Shown: positions 39,450-48,279 of the stretch, one piece after another
How positions within the stretch are numbered: position 1 is the first letter of the stretch
Layout: each line of letters begins with the position of its first letter
From: Vicugna vicugna
Lineage: Eukaryota
Direction: 5' to 3'
Assembly (NCBI GenBank): GCA_013265495.1
Contig: MU058241.1
Location: 1,427,249-1,491,248, forward strand
DNA length: 64,000 nt
Translations under genes and position numbers: made by a program
The notes under the pieces: model-generated
Databases searched by the model: none
The model's input: the letters and a program-made list of their open reading frames with translations, nothing else
What the model was told of the DNA's origin: nothing

Positions 39450-40260
39450 TGCTGCCTCCTGCAGCTCCCTGCAACGACAGACATCCTGCGCGTGTCCACA
39501 AACCCATGTTCACGTTCCCGCTCACACTGTCCTTGGTTCCAGAGAAGCTGTTGGACTCACGTGTCAGTGGGGCTTGCGGTCAGGCCCTCCCCTCGCAAAG
39601 CCCCCTCTGGGTTTACGCTAGTGTGTGACATCCCCACGTCCCCGCCACCGCGTCCCCCGCCTCGGCCCTTTGTCTTTGCATCAGGGCCTCCCTGCCTCAC
39701 TCACGACCACACGCCCTGCCCACGACGAGCCACGTGCACACACGGCCCTCATCACTTCGCCCTCGGCACCCTCCCGAAGCCCTGGGCCAGGGGTCCCGCC
39801 GCTGCTGCTGCTCAGGCTGGTCCAGTCTCGCCCCGCCTGTGACATCAGTGTCACACCTGATGGCTCCCTGCGGGGGCTGCTCCGCAGAGGGCGCCCCACC
39901 GGGTCCCTCCAGGCGGCGGCAGCCCCGGCTCTGGCTGATCTACACGGCAGAACCCTGTGCGTGGGTCTCCGGGAGCCCTGCAGAAAGGACCCTGACACGC
40001 TCCCGCCCCGGGCCCTCAAGGCGACCCTGCTGGGGGCGGACAGTCCAGGCGGCCCTGTGAAGCCTCCCTGGAGTCGCCCGGACGCCCCCGAGCCGCTACC
40101 CGGACTTCTCAGAACCTAGAGCCACAGGAGGGAGACAGCCAGCACCTTAGGAGAAACTTCCCCTTTTCCGTTCCAGCCTGATTTGGACTCAGCCGGCGAG
40201 GGGCCTCCACCCCTCCCAGCGTACAGATTAAAGACACAGACTCCGTCTTCAGGGTCTAGG
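39450..40260. promoter_or_regulatory. CpG island, apparently lying within an antisense old L1 (about 39390-40540)
   Basis: Visibly GC- and CpG-rich. Residual L1 landmarks include tttttgtttcatgt, gtctttgcatc and tcaaggcgaccctgctgggggcggacagtccagg (L1 antisense as I recall it: tgaaggatattttcgctgggtatagaattctggg). Confidence 0.6.
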
Positions 40261-41939
40261 GTCACGGCCATCTTCTGTCCCCGCAAGTTCCCACAAGGAC
40301 AAACAACAGAAAACACATTCCTACAGAGAACACGTGCAAGACTCAAATTCCACCGTCCTTGTTTCTTTCTGTGTTTCCTTTGTTTCTGTCAACATTTCCT
40401 TGCAGTTTTTATTTTCTTGTTTTGAGCAATATTGTCAGTTACTTACAAGCTCAGAGTCTGGAATCTTTTCCTGGTGAATCACCTGCCTCTGTTGTGTATG
40501 TTACGTGTTGTCCTTTGTCTCGATTTATCATATTGGCTTTAAAGCATCTTTTTCCTGAGAGTGGTAACAATCATCTAAAACATCATTTCCCATCATTTCA
40601 GTTCTATATTCTAATGTTTCAGATCTTTATTTCCTGCACACACAGACGCACAAATAAGGCACGTATGCACATTTTAAATTCCATCCTAAATCTGCACTTC
40701 AGTATGAGATACTATGGCTACAATAGTGATTCATGATAGACAATAAAACCCACTTTCATGCAACTATATTTTTAAAAAATGCATGAATGGGGTGTGGGGT
40801 GAACATGTTACTCAGAGCTTAAACACTGTTTCAGGCAAGGGTGAGCAGTCTCTAATCCAGGCTTCAGGAAAAGGACCACAAAGTCTCTCACTTCTGACGT
40901 TGGTGTCCCTGACCGGGCAGCGGTGACCTGCTCCAGCGTAAGTAACCGGGGTGGCGGTTCTGGGTCCAGTGACTTGCTGGTTCCAGGATGCACAGAACTA
41001 TTGTCGCCCAACTGGTAAGGTCCACTTGGGAGGGTGGGGGCCAAGAGAACACTGGAATCTATGTACAACTTCCTGTTGCCCGACTGTCCCCAAATGTCCC
41101 CCGTGAAAACTTATGTCATACAAATGTGCTGTGTGATTCCGTTTTGATAAATGATCATTAACAAAAACGCAATGACAGCTCAATCCAGAGGGCAGCATTA
41201 ACACCTGAGTCACAGTTGTCTTGGGAATTAGGGAAATTTAGTTTTCAGCTCATAAACATCTCCGATGAAAGGGAAACACACATACAATCAAAATGTTTCC
41301 AAAAAGTCTGTCTGTTGCGGTTAAAATTCTCTGGCAAGGATGAAATACAAAAATGAATTTATGGACTAAAGAATAAGAATGTAAAATGTCCAACTGCTAA
41401 AAGAGACTCTGGAATGCCGTGAGGGTCAGGGGTGCCCTCCCCCGAAACAGGCGAAGAAGACCCAGGGGTAACGGCACAGGGGCCTCCTGCTCTGTGCTCT
41501 CACCATCTGTGGAGTCACCAGCCGTGGATCCTGCCCGTAGTGCTTAGCACGTGTTTAGTGAAAAGAATCCATGTGCGAGTGAGTCCTGGGAGTTCAAATC
41601 CACGCTGTTCAAGGTCACCTGTAGCTGTCAAATCGCTACAATACCAGGATAAAGCTGAATACACTTCTAAGAGTGTCACAGATTATTTTAATATGTCAAG
41701 ATTACACACAACCAAAAACTATCTTATTTCCAAATGTGTGCTTTCATGAAGAAAGACTGTCCATTGTAACTAAAAAGTACTCTGGTCAATAATGAAACGG
41801 TATTTCAGACTAATGTCAACTATGAATGTTGATGTTTCAATACTAAACAAAATATTATCAAACAGAATCTAACATAACAATGAAAAGATGCCACAATCAA
41901 GCGGGAGTCATAAAAAAATGCCAATAGGGAATAGCCGTA

Positions 41940-43275
41940 TGTAAATCAGTGGAGTTAGAACACTCCCTCACACCATACACAAACATAAACTCAAAATGGT
42001 TTAAAGACTTAAATTTAAGACATCATAAATCTAGACCACAACACAGGCAAAACATTCTCTGATTTAAATCACAGCAATGTTCTCTGAGGTCAGCCTNNNN
42101 NNNNNNNNNNNNNNNNNNNNNNNNNNNNNNNNNNNNNNNNNNNNNNNNNNNNNNNNNNNNNNNNNNNNNNNNNNNNNNNNNNNNNNNNNNNNNNNNNNNN
42201 NNNNNNNNNNNNNNNNNNNNNNNNNNNNNNNNNNNNNNNNNNNGGCTTAATGTCCGGAACATATAAATAGCTCACACAACTCAGTAACAAAAAAACCTAA
42301 CAACCCAATAAAAAAGTGGACAGAAGACCTGAACAAGCAATTCTCCAAGGAAGAAATACAAATGATCAGTAGGCACATGAGAAAATGATCAGTATCACTA
42401 ATTATCAGAGAAATGCAAATCAAAACCACAATGAGGTATCACCTCACACCAGTCAGAATGGCCATCATTCAAAACTCCACATATGACAAATGATGGAGAA
42501 GCTGGGGAGAAAAGGGAACCCTCCTACACTGCTGGTGGGAATGCAGTTTGGTGCAGCCACTGTGGAAAACAGTATGGAGATTCCACAAAAGACTAAAAAT
42601 AGACTTACCCTATGACTCAGGAATCCCACTCCTGGGCATATATCCAGAAGGAACCTTAATTGAAAAAGATACACTCACCCCAATGTTCACCCTACTTCAA
42701 AATGACACCTGCATCCCACTGTTCATAGCAGCACTATTTACAATAGCCAAGACATGGAAACAACCTAAATGTCCGTCAACAGAGGACTGGATAAAGTNNN
42801 NNNNNNNNNNNNNNNNNNNNNNNNNNNNNNNNNNNNNNNNNNNNNNNNNNNNNNNNNNNNNNNNNNNNNNNNNNNNNNNNNNNNNNNNNNNNNNNNNNNN
42901 NNNNNNNNNNNNNNNNNNNNNNNNNNNNNNNNNNNNNNNNCTTATATGTGGGATCTTACAAAAAAAACACAAATGAACTTATTTACAATCCAGAAACAGA
43001 CTCACTGACATAAAAAACAAACTTATGGTTACCAATGGGGCAAGGGTGTGGGAAGGGATAAATTAGCAGATACTAACTAACATATATATATATATATAAT
43101 AGATAAACAACAAGGTCTGTCTGTACAGCACAGAGAACTACATTCATTTTTTTGTAATAACCTATAATAAAAGAGAATATGAAAAAGAATATATAGACAT
43201 ACACACGTATAACTGAATCACTTTGCTGTACATTTGAAGCTAACATGACACTGTAAATCAACTGTATTTCAAGGA
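41940..43275 (+). mobile_element. 5'-truncated lineage-specific LINE-1 containing two assembly gaps (N 42097-42243 and 42798-42940)
   Basis: ctccctcacaccatacacaaacataaactcaaaatgg. The ORF at 42548 gives [31 protein letters not shown]. It has the same 3' UTR as the other young L1s and an A-tail at about 43270. Confidence 0.9.
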
Positions 43276-43404
43276 AAAAAATCCAACTGATGTAAAAGAG
43301 TCATTTAAAAAGATGAAGACCCCTGATCTCTTAAATCAAATGTACTGCCGTTTTACAGAATATCCAGGCATGTGCCAGTCCAAGACTAAGCAAAAAGGGC
43401 CTAA

Positions 43405-43510
43405 TACCATCTGAAACATGTGCATATATACACATCCGTATCACATTGCTGTACAGCAGAAACTAACACAATATTGAAAATGCACGATATTTCAATTGAA
43501 AAAAAAAAAG
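43405..43510 (+). mobile_element. Very short LINE-1 3' tail
   Basis: cacattgctgtacagcagaaactaacacaatattg..atttcaattgaaaaaaaaaa. Confidence 0.7.
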
Positions 43511-44029
43511 AGTTAGAAGAAAATGACAGAAAAGACCCAAAACATTCAACATTATGCTGGAAATGTTTGCTAATTGAAGGAGACAAAATAAACCAATTAG
43601 AGATATAAGAATTAGAAAACTAAACATTCAAATTGTTGTGCAGCTGATACCTGGAAAACCTTAGAAAATCAATGATGTCATTAATTCAAACGACAAAATA
43701 ATTGAGTAAATTAACCATAAAAATTAACACTCAGAAAGCATTAATATACACCCCAAATAAACATCTGTAGTAAATATTACGGAAAACTCTCTATACAATA
43801 GCACCAAAGAAGTTAACATACCCAGGAATCAAATTAAGACAAAATACGCCAAATAAATCTATAATAAAAAAATTAAAAGGGGGAAAAAAAAGAAAACGGA
43901 AAGAAAAGTAGATTGAAGAAATGGAAGAAAAAATCCTTGAATAGGATGACTTGAAATCATAAAGCTGTCAATTCTGGGTGACATAAAATTAACGTTACGA
44001 CAGTAACAAGAAAAGTCTTAGCCGACGCA

Positions 44030-44440
44030 GGGAGTCAAATGAACCGACGGGGAGGTTCGCGCGGAAGAACCGGCCCCGAGGCGGCCACAGACGCTAAGCG
44101 GGCGCCGTCCTTCCAGATTCCACACACGGGACACCGCGGCTGCGCGGAGCCGCGCGGCGGGCCCTGGACACACGCCGGGGCCGGGGACAGGCCTGCGGGC
44201 CTGGAAACACACAGGGACACGGGGCCGCAGCCCTGGGGAGCGCGCCCCCCTCCCCGACCCCGGCGAAGGCCGGGCACCCGGGCACCACGTGGAAAACGCG
44301 CCGGGAGGCGCGTCTCACTCCTGCGCACGGACCGGCTTCCCCTGAAGCCGGCGTCGGAACGCACGTGCGCGCGCTCGCCGCTGCGCCCACACGACGCACA
44401 CCTTCTGCGGGAAAGGGAATCTGGTTGACGCGCTTTCCCC
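44030..44440. promoter_or_regulatory. Dense CpG island
   Basis: Very GC-rich with numerous CpGs (gcgcgg, ccgcgcggcgg, gtgcgcgcgctcgccgc) and an abrupt transition from the AT-rich L1 sequence on its left. Confidence 0.85.
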
Positions 44441-45135
44441 CAGAAACAACACCCGCCTTCTGGGGGAAAGCGAATTAATCCTCCCAGAAACCACACACAC
44501 CTTCTGGGGGGCGGTGGTGGGGAGGGGGTGTGAACGAATTCCCCCAGAAACAACACACCTTCTGAGGGGAAAGAGAATTAATTCTCCCGCAAACTCCACA
44601 CACCTGGGGAAAAGTGAATTAATTCTCCCAGAAACAACACACATCTTCTCGAGGAAAGTGAATTAATTCTCCCAGAAACCACACACATCTTCTCGAGGAA
44701 AGTGAATTAATTCTCCCAGAAACAACACACACCTTCTGAAGAAAAGTGAATTAATTCTCCCAGAAACCACACACATCTTCTGAAGAAAAGTGAATTAATT
44801 CTCCCAGAAACCACACACACCTTCTGAAGAAAAGTGAATTAACGCTCCCAGAAACCACACACATCTTCTCGAGGAAAGTGAGTTAATTCTCCCAGAAACC
44901 ACACACATCTTCTCGAGGAAAGTGAATTAATTCTCCCAGAAACAACACACACCTTCTGAAGAAAAGTGAATTAATTCTCCCAGAAACCACACACACATCT
45001 TCTGAAGAAAAGATCTCGAGGAAAGTGAGTTAATTCTCCCAGAAACCACACACATCTTCTCGAGGAAAGTGAATTAATTCTCCCAGAAACCACACACACC
45101 TTCTGGGGGGAAAGTAAATTAATTCTCCCAGAAAC
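44395..45135. repeat. 44-bp minisatellite (VNTR), about 16 units
   Basis: Unit cagaaaccacacacatcttctcgaggaaagtgaattaattctcc. Unit starts at 44629, 44673, 44717, 44761, 44805, 44849, 44893, 44937 and 44981 (period 44). Variants are ctcgaggaaag and ctgaagaaaag. Confidence 0.95.
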
Positions 45136-45559
45136 TTGGTGTGCGGTACTGTTTTCTAAAGGTCATTCAAAATCCAGACGCAAAGATTGATAAATTTGTC
45201 TCTATAATTTAAAGTATACATATTTGCAGAACCAAAAAAACAAACAAAAAGCCATAAAGTCACAAGAATTCAGGCGAAGTGAAGATAAATATTTGCAACA
45301 TAACAAAGAGAGGGCCCACATTCTTAACACTAAATTCTTAATAAGTCTGAGGAAAGCAAAGTGAAACCCTTCCCGGAGAACAAATCCAAGTAAACTGACC
45401 GAAAAACTGAGGAAAACACGAAAGACGCTCGGGCCCAGGCCTCACCTGTCACGCGGGGAGTTTAACGCATGGAGAGACCCTCCCACACTCTCCACTGGGA
45501 CGCACAGAGGCGTGGCTCTCCTCGAGGGACACTCAGGTACACCGGTGTGCTTCCACACG

Positions 45560-45650
45560 CATGAATATGCAAATATATACTTTTAATTTCCAAGAACCGC
45601 ACTTTTAAGAACTGGAACCAAGATGGCGACGCGTCATCTGCCGCAGTCCA
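45560..45650 (+). promoter_or_regulatory. Candidate promoter cassette: octamer, TATA-like element and YY1 motif
   Basis: ATGCAAAT 45567-45574, immediately followed by atatac; CAAGATGGCG 45619-45628; palindrome gacgcgtc 45628-45635; TGCCGC 45639-45644. Motif matches only. Confidence 0.4.
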
Positions 45651-47790
45651 GGAAAAGCAGTCGATGACAGTCACTCGAGACGTAAATAGTCGATGACCGA
45701 GTCAGTACAGGGAAAACAGCTGATGATGGAGAGGACAGAATCTCCTAAGCTGAGGGAAAACAGCCTATGAACAAATCACTCCACGGTAAACAGTTGAGGA
45801 TGAGATGGCAGGCAATGAGTGATTCCCTCAGTCTGTGGAGAAACAGATGAAGATCCAGTCACTCCAAGGAAAACAGTCAAGGACTAGTCGGCCCAGGGAA
45901 ACGAGTTCAGGTAGTCCAGGGTAATGAGTTGTTGACCGAGTCAGTCCAGGGAAACGAGTTGATGACCGACTGAGTCAGTCCAGGCAAAGTAGTTGATGAC
46001 CTAGTCACTCAAGGGAAACGAGTTGATGACCGAGTTACTCCAGGGAAACGAGTCAATGACCGAGTCAGTCTAGGTAAACAAGTCGATGACCGAGTTACCC
46101 CAGGGAATCAAGTCGATGACCGAGTTACCCCAGGGAAACAAGTCGATGACCGAGTTACTCCAGGGAAACAAGTCGATGACCGAGTTACGCCAGGGAAGCA
46201 AATCGATGACCGAGTTGCTCCAGGGAAACAAATCGATGACCAAGTTACGCCAGGGAAACAAGTCGATGACCGAGCTGCTCCAGGGAAACAAGTCGATGAC
46301 CGAGTTACGCCAGGGAAACAAATCGATGACCGAGTTACTCCAGGGAAACGAGTCGATGACCAAGTCGGTCCAGGCAAAATAGTTGATGACCGAGTTGCTC
46401 CAGGGAAACGAGTCAATGACTCACTCACGACAGTCTAAACAATTAATGAGAAGTCAATCCAGGGGAAACAGTTGATCACTCAGTCCAGGGAAAAGAGTGG
46501 ACGACTGAGTCAGTCCAGAGAAAAGAAACAAGTTCAGGTAGCCCAGGGTAATGAATTGTTGACCAAGTCAGTGAAGGGAAACATTTTGATGACCGAGTCA
46601 GTCTAGGGAAACGAGTCAATGACCGAGTCAGCCTAGGTAAACAAGTCGATGACCGAGTTACCCCAGGGAATCAAGTCGATGACCGAGTTACCCCAGGGAA
46701 ACAAGTCGATGACCGAGTTACTCCAGGGAAACAAGTCGATGACCGAGTTACTCCAGGGAAACAAGTCGATGACCGACTGAGTCAGTCCAGGCAAAATAGT
46801 TGATGACAGAGTCGCCCCAGGGAAACGAGTCAATGACCGAGTCAGTCCAGGGAAACGAGTTGATGACCGACCCAGTCAACCCAGGTAAAATAGGTGATGA
46901 CCGAGCCACTCCAGGGAAACAAGTCGATGACCGACTGAGTCAGTCCAGGCAAAGTAGTTGATGACAGAGTCACTCCAGGGAAACGAGTCGATGACCGAGT
47001 TACTCCAGGGAAACGAGTCGCTGACCAAGTCGGTCCAGGCAAAATAGTTGATGACCGAGTTGCTCCAGGGAAACGAGTCAATGACTCACTCACGACAGTC
47101 TAAACAATTAATGAGAAGTCAATCCAGGGGAAACAGTTGATCACTCAGTCCAGGGAAAAGAGTGGACGACTGAGTCAGTCCAGAGAAAAGAAACAAGTTC
47201 AGGTAGCCCAGGGTAATGAATTGTTGACCAAGTCAGTGAAGGGAAACATTTTGATGACCGAGTCAGTCTAGGGAAACGAGTCAATGAGAACTCAATCCAA
47301 GGCAAACAGTTGATCACTCAGTCCAGGGGAAAGAGTGGACGACTGAGTCAGCCCAGAGAAAGAGTTCAGGTAGTCCAGGGTAATGAGGAGTTGACCAAGT
47401 CAGTCCAGGGAAACAAGTCAACGACCGAGTCAGTCCAGGGAAACAAGTCGATGATGGAGAAAGTCCAGGGAAAACACTGAGGACCAGTTCCATCAGAGCA
47501 GGGAAAATAATGAATGACTGTGTCAGTCCGAGGTCAACAGTCAGTGAAGAGGCGACAGGAAGTAATTCCCGCAGTCCGGGGAAGACAGTTGACGGCACAG
47601 TCACTCCAGGGAGCACAAGCTGCTGTGAAGCTGCTCCAGGAAGAGGAGTCGATAACCGAGTCAGTAAGGGACCCCAGCAGGAGGGGACTGGGCCCAGGGG
47701 ACGCAATCGAGACCAGAGGACAGCGAGCGCCCGGCCAGGGGACACAGTCGATACCCGAGTCTGTCCCGAGAACCTGGCAATCAGATAGCC
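45645..47790. repeat. CpG-rich 30-bp tandem repeat array with higher-order duplication and degenerate flanks
   Basis: Unit gtcgatgaccgagttactccagggaaacaa with exact period 30 from 45992 to 46412. Degenerate units extend left to about 45645 and right to about 47790. Confidence 0.95.
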
Positions 47791-48100
47791 AGCAGTGACC
47801 ACCCCAGGCCAGGGGAGACCACCCCGATGGCCTGACGATCGGATGGTCCGATGCCCGAGATACGTCAGTGTCAAGGATGCCAGGGACGGTGGAGACAGGC
47901 GCGCACACGTGCGGGGCCCAAACCCCATCAGGACCCGGAGCACAGGCCTCCCAGGCGGTCCCCTCCTGCCAAGTTTCAGTCCAGCTCCGCACCTGCCAGA
48001 CCAAGGCCACGCGGAGCTCGCACTTCCTCCAACAAATAAGGGCTTTGTCTGTTCTGGAGCTCCAAGACAATCGGGTCCTATGGTGGATGCTCACTTAGCT
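47500..48100. promoter_or_regulatory. GC/CpG-rich segment closing the 30-bp array
   Basis: High GC and CpG density. Decayed units (cagtcactccaggg, gtcgataaccgagtcag, cagtcgatacccgagtc) are still visible in the first half. Confidence 0.55.
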
Positions 48101-48279
48101 GAGGACCCTTTCATTCCCTCCAACATTTTCCATAGAATTATCACTGTTGTATGATCTTCACTGCCGAGGGCTGCAAAAGAGTGCTTTGTTCTTTCTTCTG
48201 TCCATTAATACTTGGACCACCTCCTCCTTTTTTCTTCTTTCTTAACCTCAAATACATTAAGTTGCTCTTCATTTTCTTG

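Larger units (their letters stand above)
41770..45450 (+). mobile_element. Old LINE-1 (L1MC/MD-like) ORF2 segment, interrupted by a younger L1, a short L1 tail, a CpG island and a minisatellite
   Basis: Collinear ORF2 landmarks: ctaaacaaaatattatcaaacagaatc (about 41845), ggaaaaccttagaaaatcaa, acatacccaggaatcaaattaagac (about 43818), aaagctgtcaattct, aaagattgataaatttg (45182-45198), aaatatttgcaacata and gaaagacgctc. Confidence 0.7.

Noticed and set aside
39407-40119. Stacked GC-rich ORFs (up to 164 aa), and likewise at 44018-44644 and 47314-48154
   Set aside because: Stop codons are scarce in GC-rich DNA. The frames overlap on both strands, are low-complexity Pro/Arg/Gly/Ala, and show no recognisable domain.
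42097-42940. Two N-runs (147 and 143 bp)
   Set aside because: Assembly gaps inside a young L1. The second matches the length of the missing L1 segment, so they are not biological.
46070-47093. ORFs made of MTELLQGNKS, VIDLFPWSNS and TRSSTCFPGV repeats
   Set aside because: A 30-bp unit that lacks stops in several frames gives such ORFs automatically. They overlap on both strands and are cut by 4-bp insertions.
44395-47500. CRISPR-like appearance of the regularly spaced repeats
   Set aside because: The units are head-to-tail with no unique spacers, there are no cas genes, and the context is mammalian.
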